This document shows positions 19,238 through 28,895 of a stretch of 61,640 nt of DNA, piece after piece; the first letter of the stretch is position 1; each line of letters begins with the position of its first letter. The notes beneath the pieces were generated by a model that did no database searches, was not told the DNA's origin, and saw only the letters and a program-made list of their open reading frames with translations. A program made the translations under genes and the position numbers. Source of the stretch: an uncultured Blautia sp. (GTDB lineage Bacteria; Bacillota; Clostridia; Lachnospirales; Lachnospiraceae); the NCBI GenBank assembly GCA_944384185.1, contig CALWSM010000001.1, positions 1 to 61,640 on the forward strand. Direction: 5' to 3'.

Positions 19238-19349
19238 GGCACACCTCCCAAATCATCAGGACCTGTCGCATGGATCAAAGATTGGCCGCTAACTCAGTGT
19301 ATGCGCAGGAAATATAGAAAAGACTCCTTATATAAATTCCCCTGCCGGG

Positions 19350-19378
19350 TTGCCTGTATTTTTTCCTTCTGTTATACT
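19350..19378 (+). promoter_or_regulatory. SigA promoter with extended -10
   Basis: TTGCCT-17 bp-TATACT, with TG at the extended position. Confidence 0.65.
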
Positions 19379-19446
19379 ATCCATGTCAGGCAGGGCCGGG
19401 GCTTCTCCCGATCCTGTGTTCAAAAAAAGCAAAGAAAGGATTCTAT

Positions 19447-20307
19447 ATGTGGATTGCAGATAAATGGAAAGACTATGAAGTGATCGATACCTCCAGCGGC
19501 GAAAAGATGGAAAGATGGGGAAAATACCTGCTGGTCCGTCCGGACCCCCAGGTCATCTGGAACACTCCCAGGACCCATGCAGGATGGAAACACCCAAACG
19601 GACATTATCACAGGAGCAAAAAAGGCGGCGGAGAATGGGAATTCTTCGACCTTCCCGAACAGTGGAAGATCCGCTACAAAGACCTTACCTTTAACCTGAA
19701 GCCTTTCAGCTTCAAGCATACCGGCCTCTTCCCTGAGCAGGCGGTAAACTGGGACTGGTTCTCGGGAAAGATCCGGAACGCCGGCCGGCCGGTGAAGGTG
19801 CTGAACCTTTTTGCCTACACCGGGGGAGCCACCCTGGCGGCAGCCGCCGCAGGAGCCAGCGTCACCCATGTAGACGCATCCAAAGGCATGGTTGCCTGGG
19901 CTAAAGAAAACGCAGTTTCATCAGGACTGAAGGAGGCTCCTATCCGCTGGCTGGTGGACGACTGCGTAAAATTTGTGGAACGGGAGATCCGCAGGGGAAA
20001 TACCTATGACGGGATCATCATGGATCCTCCCTCTTACGGAAGAGGACCCAAAGGAGAGGTCTGGAAGATCGAGGACAATATCCACCATCTGATACAGCTG
20101 TGCGCTCAGATCCTCTCAGAGAAGCCCCTGTTTTTCCTGCTGAATTCTTATACCACCGGACTGGCTCCGGCGGTACTTACCTATATGCTCAGTGTGGAGC
20201 TGAAAAAATTCGGCGGCAGGGTAGACGCCCAGGAGATCGGCCTGCCAGTGACCCGGACCGGTCTGGTACTGCCCTGCGGCGCATCTGGACGTTGGGAATC
20301 GGAATAA
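19447..20307 (+). CDS. Class I SAM-dependent methyltransferase (RlmI/RlmK-like)
   Basis: HTGLFPEQ, VLNLFAYTGG, IIMDPPSYG. Confidence 0.88.
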   Translation: MWIADKWKDYEVIDTSSGEKMERWGKYLLVRPDPQVIWNTPRTHAGWKHPNGHYHRSKKGGGEWEFFDLPEQWKIRYKDLTFNLKPFSFKHTGLFPEQAVNWDWFSGKIRNAGRPVKVLNLFAYTGGATLAAAAAGASVTHVDASKGMVAWAKENAVSSGLKEAPIRWLVDDCVKFVEREIRRGNTYDGIIMDPPSYGRGPKGEVWKIEDNIHHLIQLCAQILSEKPLFFLLNSYTTGLAPAVLTYMLSVELKKFGGRVDAQEIGLPVTRTGLVLPCGASGRWESE

Positions 20308-20322
20308 CAAAAACACAAAGGA

Positions 20323-20604
20323 GTGTCTGCTTTGATCTTAGATAATTTTTTAATGTACCTTACATTTGTAAATCTCCTGGCCTTTGCCTGTTTCGGCATC
20401 GATAAGCAAAAAGCAAAGGCCCATCAATGGCGTATCTCAGAGAAAACCCTTCTGGGCATCGCCCTCTGCGGCGGTTCCCTGGGGGCCATCCTGGGCATGC
20501 GCTTCTTTCACCATAAAACCCGGCACGCCAAATTTGTACTGGGTCTTCCGGCAATCCTGATCCTTCAGGGTATTGCCGCAATCCTTGTATACAGTATCGC
20601 ATAA
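20323..20604 (+). CDS. DUF1294 membrane protein
   Basis: DK.KA....WRISEKTL..GGSLGA..GM..FHHKT. Confidence 0.88.
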   Translation: MSALILDNFLMYLTFVNLLAFACFGIDKQKAKAHQWRISEKTLLGIALCGGSLGAILGMRFFHHKTRHAKFVLGLPAILILQGIAAILVYSIA

Positions 20605-20618
20605 AAGGAGGAAGTTTT

Positions 20619-21725
20619 ATGAACGGATCTACATTCGGCAACATCTTTAAAATCTCCACCTGGGGAGAATCCCACGGAAAGGCTATCGGCGTGGTCATCG
20701 ACGGCTGTCCTGCGGGACTTTCCCTTACAGAGGAGGATATCCAGAAATATCTCGACCGGAGGAAGCCCGGCCAGTCCCGTTTTACTACCAAACGTCAGGA
20801 GGCCGACCAGGTGCAGATCCTTTCCGGGATTTTTGAAGGAAAGACCACCGGCACCCCCATCTCTCTCATAGTGCCTAATACAGACCAGCGCTCCAGGGAT
20901 TACGGGGAGATCGCCGATTCTTACCGTCCCGGGCACGCAGATCTGAACTATGACCGGAAATATGGTTTTCGGGATTACCGGGGAGGCGGACGCTCCTCCG
21001 GAAGAGAGACGATCGGAAGAGTTGCGGCGGGAGCCGTAGCTTCCAGGATATTAGAGGAGCTGGGGATCTCTCTGTGCGCCTACACCTGCGCCATCGGCCC
21101 TGTGACCATCGATAAGGCCCGCTTCGACAAAGAAGAGATCTTCAAAAATCCGCTGTATATGCCTGACCCCCAGGCGGCCCGGGAAGCTCAGGAATGTCTG
21201 GAGCAGGCCATGAAGGAATCCAATTCCCTGGGAGGCGTGGCAGAGTGCGTCATCACAGGAGTTCCCGCCGGTCTTGGCGAACCGGCTTTTGATAAGCTGG
21301 ACGCTGTTCTGGCAAAGGCGATCCTTTCCATCGGAGCTGTCAAAGGTTTTGAGATCGGCTCCGGCATGGCCGCCGCCTGTTCAACCGGTCTGGAAAACAA
21401 CGACGCCTACGGTGTAGACAATCAGGGGAATCTCATAAAGAAGACCAACCATTCCGGAGGCATCACCGGAGGCATCAGCGACGGATCCCCCATCGTCTTC
21501 CGGGCGGCCTTTAAGCCTACCCCTTCCATCGCTTCCCGGCAGGAAACGGTAAATCGGCAGGGAGAGCCTATAGAAATCTGCATAAAAGGCCGCCACGATC
21601 CGATCATCGTTCCCAGAGCCGTGGTGGTAGTGGAAGCTATGGCGGCCCTTGTGATCCTGGACGCTCTTCTGGCTTCCATGACCACAAGAATGGACCGGAT
21701 CAAAAGCTTTTTTCTGGACAAATAA
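20619..21725 (+). CDS. aroC: Chorismate synthase
   Basis: GESHG, RPGHAD, GGGRSSGRET, KPTPSI, GRHDP. Confidence 0.97.
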   Translation: MNGSTFGNIFKISTWGESHGKAIGVVIDGCPAGLSLTEEDIQKYLDRRKPGQSRFTTKRQEADQVQILSGIFEGKTTGTPISLIVPNTDQRSRDYGEIADSYRPGHADLNYDRKYGFRDYRGGGRSSGRETIGRVAAGAVASRILEELGISLCAYTCAIGPVTIDKARFDKEEIFKNPLYMPDPQAAREAQECLEQAMKESNSLGGVAECVITGVPAGLGEPAFDKLDAVLAKAILSIGAVKGFEIGSGMAAACSTGLENNDAYGVDNQGNLIKKTNHSGGITGGISDGSPIVFRAAFKPTPSIASRQETVNRQGEPIEICIKGRHDPIIVPRAVVVVEAMAALVILDALLASMTTRMDRIKSFFLDK

Positions 21726-21844
21726 CCGGAAACCGGATCCTGAAGGTTTTCATTCATAATTATTAAGAATTTCTTTCGTTTTTACACATGTCACTTTTTA
21801 ATATTGTCCCTTATATTTATAGCATAAAACAGGAGAATAACATC

Positions 21845-22558
21845 ATGGAAATGAATCACATATTAATCGTGGAGGACGACAAAGATATCCGGGAAGGAGT
21901 AGGGATCTACCTGAAAAGCCAGGGCTATGAGGTCTTCATGGCCGGAGACGGCGCAGAAGGTCTGGAGGTACTGGAAAAAGAAGAGATCCATCTGGCCATC
22001 GTGGACATTATGATGCCCCGTATGGACGGCATCACCATGACCATGAAGCTGAGAGAAAAATACGACTTCCCTGTGATCATGCTTTCTGCAAAGTCCGAGG
22101 AAGTGGATAAGGTCATGGGCCTGAACATCGGCGCAGACGACTATGTGACAAAGCCCTTTACTCCTATGGAGCTGATGGCAAGAGTCAATTCCCAGATGCG
22201 CCGCTACCGGAGATTCATGGAAAAGCTCCAGGAAAAAGAGGCCAAAAATTCCGATACCGTCTATACCATCGGCGGTCTGGAGGTCAATGAAAGCACCTTT
22301 GAAGTCCGGGTGGACGGCGCTCCCGTTAAAATGACACCCATGGAATTTAAAATTCTTCTGTTGCTGATCAAAAATCCTGGAAGGGTTTTCTCGGCAGACG
22401 AAATCTATGAGCGGGTATGGAACGAACGGGCGGTCAATACAGAGACGGTCATGGTCCATGTCCGGAATATCCGTGAAAAGATCGAGATCAACCCTAAGGA
22501 GCCAAAATATTTAAAGGTGGTGTGGGGAGTTGGATATAAAATCGAAAAACAATCATAA
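21845..22558 (+). CDS. OmpR-family response regulator
   Basis: ILIVEDD, DIMMP, GADDYVTKPF, winged helix ending VWGVGYK; start behind AGGAG. Confidence 0.95.
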   Translation: MEMNHILIVEDDKDIREGVGIYLKSQGYEVFMAGDGAEGLEVLEKEEIHLAIVDIMMPRMDGITMTMKLREKYDFPVIMLSAKSEEVDKVMGLNIGADDYVTKPFTPMELMARVNSQMRRYRRFMEKLQEKEAKNSDTVYTIGGLEVNESTFEVRVDGAPVKMTPMEFKILLLLIKNPGRVFSADEIYERVWNERAVNTETVMVHVRNIREKIEINPKEPKYLKVVWGVGYKIEKQS

Positions 22559-24914
22559 ACTGGCAGCCGTCGTCATCGCCCTGGTGATCCTGCTGCCTTC
22601 TCTGGCCATGATGTTCATCAGGCCCCATTATATCAGCCGTCAGAAAGAGGAGGGGCATATCTCCTACTCGAACACTGACTTGATGGACCAGCTTGTAAAA
22701 GATACTTATGTACTCTACGCAGAAGAATATCAGAGAGAACACGGAACCGATGCGACGCCCTTTGAAATCTTTTTCCTGAGAGATACCTCCGAAGAGGAAG
22801 CGGTCCCTGAAGAAAATACCCCTGAGGAAGCTGCCAACAGTCAGGAAGCCTCCGACGGCTCTGCTTCAGGCAGCGCTTCTTCTGAGAACAGCGAGACTCA
22901 GGATCCTGTTGATGAGCCCGCTGACAGGCCAGCCGCTTCCGCAGAAACCTCTGGGGACTCTGCGGAGGCTTATGAAGACGACGACAACGGCGCTTCCTAT
23001 GCTTTTCAGGAGGGTATGTACAGCGAATGGGAGGAAGATTTCTCCGACATCCGTTCTTATATTGAATATGAAGTGCTGGACGGAAAGGGAAATACTCTGG
23101 ATACCAACCAGTCCTTAACGGCCTCCCAGGAATCTCTCTATGCTTCTCTGGGCAGTATCCAGACCAATTCCGTGTTGAAGCCAGACAGCGGATACTCCTT
23201 TGTAGCTATGATCCAATATGGAGAAAAAGGAAATATTGAAGCCACCGCCTTTCTCACCCATGGAAAGGATAACGCCTCCCAGGCGCTAAACGAACTGGCC
23301 CGGTCAGATCCCGGAGAAGCACTCCGCAGCTATTATGATTATTCCGGCGCCTTTCAGCCGCCCCGGGACAGGATCTACTGTTTCGCTATGACCCAGACAG
23401 CTCTGGAATCCTATTCTTCCGACTATGATCCATCCATTTTGTATACCGGCAGTTATAGCTCAGGCGCTGATCTGTTGGTTCTTTTTATGACCTTTGTGGG
23501 ATTTGTATGTGCTGCGGCCCTGCTCCTTCCTTTTATAAAGGTTTTAGAAACCGGGAATGAAAAAATCTTTTCCTTCCCCTTGGAACCAGTATGCCTGACC
23601 GCACTCTGTGTTGTCAGCGCTGCGGCCGACATAACGGCGGATCTGGGTACTCTGGATCATCAGTCTATCCGAAGCGTTCTCATAGGCATAGGCGTCTATG
23701 AACCTGCGGCCACTGGGGTCCAATACCTGTGGAGCCTTTTAGGCTGGGTTCTGATCTTCGCCGTATGTTACTGGGCTTCCGCCTGTTTCCGGCATATCTT
23801 CACCATGGGACCCAGAGAATATCTCCGCAGACGGGTTCTGGTATACCGGTTCTGGCCCTGGATCACCAACTGGTGCCGCCGGATCTATCATGGGCTCCTC
23901 CATGTGGATCTCAGGGACAACGCTTCCCGGGTATTGCTAAAGCTGGTCCTGATCAACTTTATCATACTGGGCTTTATCAGTCTTCTGTGGTTCTGGGGAC
24001 TGGCGGCTCTGATCGTTTATTCTGTGATCCTTTTCCTCCTTCTGCGGAAATACGTGCGGAAGATCCAGGATCAGTATCAGCTTCTCCTCCAGGCCACCAA
24101 TGAGCTGGCTCAGGGAAATTTAAACGGCACCATACCGGAAGACCTGGGCGTTTTCGAACCCTTCCGGGAAGAGATCGACAAGATCCGCTCCGGCTTCCGC
24201 AAGGCGGTAGATGAGGAAGTAAAAAGCACCAGGATGAAGACCGACCTGATCACCAATGTGTCTCATGACCTGAAGACCCCGCTCACAGCAATCATTACTT
24301 ATGTGGATCTGCTCAAAGAGCCCGATCTTCCCAAAGAAACCCGGGAAAAGTATATCCAGATCCTGGATCAGAAGGCCAACCGGTTAAAGCTGCTCATTGA
24401 AGATCTCTTCGAGGTCAGCAAGGCCACCAGCAGAACCGTGCAGCTTAACATTCTGGACGTGGATATTGTCAGCCTGCTCCGCCAGGTAAAGCTGGAGCTC
24501 CAGGATAAGCTCCAGGCCGCAGATCTGGACTTCCGCTGGCAGCTTCCGGAAGAGAAAGTGATCCTTCCCCTGGATTCCCAGCGCACCTACCGGGTATTTG
24601 AAAATCTCCTGGTAAACATCACAAAATACGCTATGCCTCACACAAGGGTATACATCACCCTGGAGGATACGGAAAACCATGTGAAGATCTCTATGAAAAA
24701 CATCTCCGCTACGGAGCTTACCTTTAACCCCAGCGAGATCACCGAGCGTTTTGTCAGAGGCGACGCCTCCAGAAACACCGAAGGAAGCGGCCTTGGCCTG
24801 GCTATCGCCAAAAGCTTCACTGAGCTTCAGGGAGGCAGACTGGAGATTTTTACAGATGCAGATCTTTTCACCGTAGAAATTACCTTTTTAAAAGATCCTG
24901 CAAATGCCCTTTGA
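22530..24914 (+). CDS. Multi-TM sensor histidine kinase
   Basis: H box NVSHDLKTPLT, N box ENLLVNITKY, G box GSGLGLAIAK; overlaps regulator. Confidence 0.93.
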   Translation: MDIKSKNNHKLAAVVIALVILLPSLAMMFIRPHYISRQKEEGHISYSNTDLMDQLVKDTYVLYAEEYQREHGTDATPFEIFFLRDTSEEEAVPEENTPEEAANSQEASDGSASGSASSENSETQDPVDEPADRPAASAETSGDSAEAYEDDDNGASYAFQEGMYSEWEEDFSDIRSYIEYEVLDGKGNTLDTNQSLTASQESLYASLGSIQTNSVLKPDSGYSFVAMIQYGEKGNIEATAFLTHGKDNASQALNELARSDPGEALRSYYDYSGAFQPPRDRIYCFAMTQTALESYSSDYDPSILYTGSYSSGADLLVLFMTFVGFVCAAALLLPFIKVLETGNEKIFSFPLEPVCLTALCVVSAAADITADLGTLDHQSIRSVLIGIGVYEPAATGVQYLWSLLGWVLIFAVCYWASACFRHIFTMGPREYLRRRVLVYRFWPWITNWCRRIYHGLLHVDLRDNASRVLLKLVLINFIILGFISLLWFWGLAALIVYSVILFLLLRKYVRKIQDQYQLLLQATNELAQGNLNGTIPEDLGVFEPFREEIDKIRSGFRKAVDEEVKSTRMKTDLITNVSHDLKTPLTAIITYVDLLKEPDLPKETREKYIQILDQKANRLKLLIEDLFEVSKATSRTVQLNILDVDIVSLLRQVKLELQDKLQAADLDFRWQLPEEKVILPLDSQRTYRVFENLLVNITKYAMPHTRVYITLEDTENHVKISMKNISATELTFNPSEITERFVRGDASRNTEGSGLGLAIAKSFTELQGGRLEIFTDADLFTVEITFLKDPANAL

Positions 24915-25070
24915 CCAAAAATTTTTTATTTTTTTTAAATTATGTGTTATAAACAGGCGGTTTCTCTCGTATATTAATCAGTAATGCAATTTTCTATTAT
25001 CAGTTTAATATGGATTTACAGCTCTATTGGCTATATAATAAATCCATAACATTTTAGCGGGAGAACGTTT

Positions 25071-25508
25071 ATGAAGAAAAAATTGAGTACCTTTGAAAGA
25101 CATTTAATGCTGGACGAAATATTATTCTACAGTATCTGCAGTGACGAGGACAGACAGAAGATCCTCGATCAGCAGCCCATGACCTTCCAGGATTTCCGCA
25201 GGCTTTCCCTGCTCACCGATTACCTGGAGCTGGAGTATCTCCACCGATTCATCTGGGATCTCCACGGATACAAATTTATGGAGGAGATGGATCAGCTGTG
25301 CGACCAGTGTAAAGAGGGCAGCGAAGATCTGCCGGAAATGCTTATGGAAACCGGACGCTGGCTGGACAATTTCTGGAAACAGGCGCCGAATATCACCGTT
25401 TCCTTCCTGCTCCGCCAGATTTTTTCCGACGGCCTGAAAAGCCGCCGGAAAAATAACATCACTCTTTATCCGGTTCCAAAGAAGAACCGGGAGGATAAGC
25501 CCTCCTGA
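25071..25508 (+). CDS. Hypothetical protein (145 aa)
   Basis: ATG behind GGGAGA, fills a gap between genes; no recognised motif. Confidence 0.65.
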   Translation: MKKKLSTFERHLMLDEILFYSICSDEDRQKILDQQPMTFQDFRRLSLLTDYLELEYLHRFIWDLHGYKFMEEMDQLCDQCKEGSEDLPEMLMETGRWLDNFWKQAPNITVSFLLRQIFSDGLKSRRKNNITLYPVPKKNREDKPS

Positions 25509-25576
25509 TCCGCCTGTTCCTCAGAGTTCATGGAGACATTCTGTCTAAAACCGTACCGGCAGAAAGGAAAGGATAT

Positions 25577-27043
25577 ATGAACATGCAGCTTCCCCAGGCA
25601 TTTCTTGAAAGAATGAAAGACATGCTGAAAGAGGAGTTTCCGGCTTTTCTGGACAGCTATCAGGCGCCCCGGCAGTTCGGCCTCCGGATAAACGCCAAAA
25701 AGATCAGTCCCGAAAAATTCCTGGAAATCTCTCCATTCCACCTCACTCCTATTCCATGGGTGGAAAATGGTTTTTTCTACGGGAGCGAGGACAGACCCTC
25801 CCGTCATCCCTATTATCAGGCTGGGCTCTACTACCTCCAGGAACCCAGCGCCATGACTCCTGCCAGCCGTCTCCCTATTGCACCGGGAGAGGCTGTCCTG
25901 GATCTGTGCGCCGCACCGGGCGGGAAAGCCACAGAGCTTGGCAGCCGCCTGAAGGGTCAGGGACTGCTGGTAGCCAACGACCTGAGCAGCTCCCGGGCCA
26001 AAGCCCTTATGCGGAATCTGGAGCTTTGGGGGATTGAAAATTCTCTGGTGACTACGGAAACGCCAAAGCGTCTGTCCCAGGCTTTTCCGGAATATTTCCA
26101 CAAGATCCTGATCGACGCTCCCTGCTCCGGCGAGGGCATGTTCCGCAAGGATCCCGACGTGGCCAAAACCTGGGAAATCTCCCGGCCAGCCTATTTTGCC
26201 AGCCAGCAAAAGGAAATTGTGACCCGGGGGATTTCCATGCTTCGTCCGGGAGGTATGCTGCTCTACTCTACCTGTACCTTTTCCCCGGAAGAAAACGAAG
26301 GGGTGATCTCCTATATCCTGGAGAATTTCCCTCAGATGGAGCTGCTGGACATTCCGGGTTACGAAGGCTTTTCCAAAGGCCGGCCCGCCTGGGGCAACGG
26401 AGATCTGCGGCTGGAGAAATGTGTCCGTATCTTCCCCCACCATATGGCAGGAGAAGGCCATTTTCTTGCGCTCCTTGAAAAAAAGGAAGAGGGACTTTGC
26501 GGCCCTGCTGTTTTAAAGGCTCCGGCTCTCTCCCAGACTCCGGCTCTCTCCCAGGCTCCGGCTTCTCGTCGGATCCGGAAAGAAAAGGATAGCCGTCCCA
26601 AAACCGCCTCTCCGGATAGGGCTTCCAGGGCCCTCCTGGAGGATTTCTTCCGGGAAGTCTCCCTTCCCCTGGATCTTTCCAGACTAGAGATCCGCAGCGG
26701 CCACGTATACGCCCTTCCGGGAGCGGGTCCGGAATCTGTAAAGGGTCTGAAATTTCTCCGCTGGGGACTGTATCTGGGCGAACTGAAGAAAAACCGCTTT
26801 GAGCCAGGCCAGCCTCTGGCTATGGCCCTGTCCGCCGGGGACTATCCCCGGGTCCTGAACCTGACTCCGGATGACGAAAGGCTCCAGCGGTATCTGAAAG
26901 GCGAAACCCTTCTTCTGGATGAGGAAGAAAGCGGCCCGGGATCCGGCTGGTATCTGGTCTGTGTAAATGGCTACTCCCTTGGCTGGGGCAAAGTCTCCGG
27001 AAACCTCCTGAAAAACAAATACCCCGCCGGATGGCGGAGCTGA
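25577..27043 (+). CDS. rsmF: RsmF/RsmB (NOL1/NOP2/Sun) rRNA m5C methyltransferase
   Basis: YLQEPSAM, LDLCAAPGGK, DAPCSGEGMFRK, YSTCTF, C-terminal KNKYPAGWR. Confidence 0.88.
   Translation: MNMQLPQAFLERMKDMLKEEFPAFLDSYQAPRQFGLRINAKKISPEKFLEISPFHLTPIPWVENGFFYGSEDRPSRHPYYQAGLYYLQEPSAMTPASRLPIAPGEAVLDLCAAPGGKATELGSRLKGQGLLVANDLSSSRAKALMRNLELWGIENSLVTTETPKRLSQAFPEYFHKILIDAPCSGEGMFRKDPDVAKTWEISRPAYFASQQKEIVTRGISMLRPGGMLLYSTCTFSPEENEGVISYILENFPQMELLDIPGYEGFSKGRPAWGNGDLRLEKCVRIFPHHMAGEGHFLALLEKKEEGLCGPAVLKAPALSQTPALSQAPASRRIRKEKDSRPKTASPDRASRALLEDFFREVSLPLDLSRLEIRSGHVYALPGAGPESVKGLKFLRWGLYLGELKKNRFEPGQPLAMALSAGDYPRVLNLTPDDERLQRYLKGETLLLDEEESGPGSGWYLVCVNGYSLGWGKVSGNLLKNKYPAGWRS
26519..26566 (+). repeat. 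18-bp in-frame tandem repeat (about 2.5 copies)
   Basis: (G/A)CTCCGGCTCTCTCCCAG x2 plus partial copy; encodes APALSQ-TPALSQ-APAS. Confidence 0.8.
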
Positions 27044-27229
27044 TAGCGGCGAAATTTCTTCCCTTATATCTGTCAGGCTGTACGGTTAAAATCCAACTTT
27101 CGCTGTTCTAACCGTACTTTCCCGCTGATTTCTACGATTAAAATGATCCCAGGCAGCGAAAACCTCCAGCCCAGTCATATCTGCCTGGCTTTTGCCCCAG
27201 GAACAAGCTTCCCCGGTACGCACCACGCA

Positions 27230-27280
27230 AAAGGCTGCTGCATGGAAGCCCTTTCTCCTGGGCCCCATGCAGCAGCCTTT
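27230..27280 (-). terminator. Terminator downstream of spoVG
   Basis: Perfect 16-bp arms AAAGGCTGCTGCATGG / CCATGCAGCAGCCTTT. Confidence 0.75.
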
Positions 27281-27299
27281 CTCTTTCTTTTTCATACGC

Positions 27300-27584
27300 C
27301 TACTGGGCAGTTTCCTCCAAAGGTTCCTCTTCCAGTACCTGCTCGTATTTTTCCAGGATGATATTCTGTATCCTCTCGCGGGTTGCAGAATTGATGGGAT
27401 GGGCAATATCTCTGTATTCCCCGTCCGTGGCTTTTCGGCTGGGCATTGCGATAAATAAGCCCTTTTCGCCTTCGATCACTTTAATATCGTGAACTACGAA
27501 TTCCTCGTCAATGGTAATGGAAACCACTGCTTTCATTTTGCCTTCTTTCGCCACTCTTCTTACTCTTACATCTGTGATGTTCAT
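27300..27584 (-). CDS. spoVG: Septation/sporulation regulator SpoVG
   Basis: [37 protein letters not shown]. Confidence 0.97.
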   Translation of the reverse strand: MNITDVRVRRVAKEGKMKAVVSITIDEEFVVHDIKVIEGEKGLFIAMPSRKATDGEYRDIAHPINSATRERIQNIILEKYEQVLEEEPLEETAQ

Positions 27585-27779
27585 ACAACCTTCCCCTTTC
27601 ATCGCCGCCTTGTTCAGTCGTGCTTTCTGTCTTTTTTGGAATTTTATATTCCGGCAGGTTCTCCCGCCTACAAAGCGGTTTCCCGCTCTGTTCCTTAGTA
27701 GGTATAGGAAAGCCCGGCAGCCGCACCTTCCTCCGCTGCTCCTTCGCCCTTTTTTTCGGACCGGCTTTCACCTGAAATT

Positions 27780-28895
27780 TTACAGAACGTATCTTTCGTT
27801 CTTTTCGATCACTATCTTGATGCCGTCTTCTCCGCAATAGTAAGAATTTGCCCGGATCGTATCCCGGCTCTCTACTATGCAGTTCTCAATATGGGTATTG
27901 TCGCCTAAATATACGTCATTTAAAATAATGGAATTTTTGATCACGCAATTATTACCCACAAAGACTTTCTTGAACAAAATAGAATTTTCCACCTGTCCGT
28001 TTATGATACAGCCGCTGGAGATCAGGCTGTTTCTCACGTCTGAGCCCGGATTATACTTCGCCGGGGGCAGGTCGTCGATCTTAGACTGGATACCCGGATA
28101 CTGACGGAAGAAATAATCCCGGATCTCCGGTTTCAGAAAATCCATATTTGTTTTATAGTAGGATTCCACTGTGGAAATATTGCTCCAGTAAGTATCGATC
28201 TTATAGCCGTAGATCCTCTTCAGGTTCTTATAACGGATCAGTATATCCTTTACAAAATCATGGCGGTCTTCCTGTCCGCATTTCTCGATCAGTTCAATGA
28301 GCTGTCTTCTCCGGATCACATAAATTCCGGTGGAAATGGTGGTAGACTGGGTCACCATAGGTTTCTCATCAAATTCTACGATACGGCTGTCCTCATTCAT
28401 CCTCACACAGCCGAACCGGGTGGCTTCCTCATTGTCCACATCTGTGCAGACCACGGTGATATCCGCTCTTTTGGCGATATGATATTCCAGCACCTTATTA
28501 TAATCCAGCTTGTACACACAGTCTCCGGAAGCGATCACCACGTAGGGTTCATGACTGTTTTTCAGGAAACTGAGATTCTGATAGATCGCATCTGCCGTGC
28601 CCTGGTACCAGAAACTGTTATCCGGAGTGATCGTCGGCGTAAAGGTAAACAGGCCTCCCTGTTTCCTTCCGAAGTCCCACCACTTTGAGGAGCTCAGGTG
28701 CTCATTCAAGGATCTGGCGTTGTACTGGGTCAGCACAGCTACTTTCTGAATATGGGAGTTGGACATATTGCTGAGGGCGAAATCAATACTGCGGTAGCTG
28801 CCTGCCACAGGCATTGCCGAAATTGCTCTCTTCTGGGATAATTCCCTCATTCTGTGATTGTTGCCGCCGGCAAGAATAATACCTATTGCTCTCAT
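27780..28895 (-). CDS. glgD: Glucose-1-phosphate adenylyltransferase subunit GlgD
   Basis: Degenerate ADP-glucose pyrophosphorylase motifs; ATGA overlap with glgC. Confidence 0.9.
   Translation of the reverse strand: MRAIGIILAGGNNHRMRELSQKRAISAMPVAGSYRSIDFALSNMSNSHIQKVAVLTQYNARSLNEHLSSSKWWDFGRKQGGLFTFTPTITPDNSFWYQGTADAIYQNLSFLKNSHEPYVVIASGDCVYKLDYNKVLEYHIAKRADITVVCTDVDNEEATRFGCVRMNEDSRIVEFDEKPMVTQSTTISTGIYVIRRRQLIELIEKCGQEDRHDFVKDILIRYKNLKRIYGYKIDTYWSNISTVESYYKTNMDFLKPEIRDYFFRQYPGIQSKIDDLPPAKYNPGSDVRNSLISSGCIINGQVENSILFKKVFVGNNCVIKNSIILNDVYLGDNTHIENCIVESRDTIRANSYYCGEDGIKIVIEKNERYVL

Noticed and set aside
19238-19446. yybP-ykoY (Mn2+) riboswitch upstream of the P-type ATPase
   Set aside because: No recognisable conserved core or terminator; the space is taken by divergent promoters
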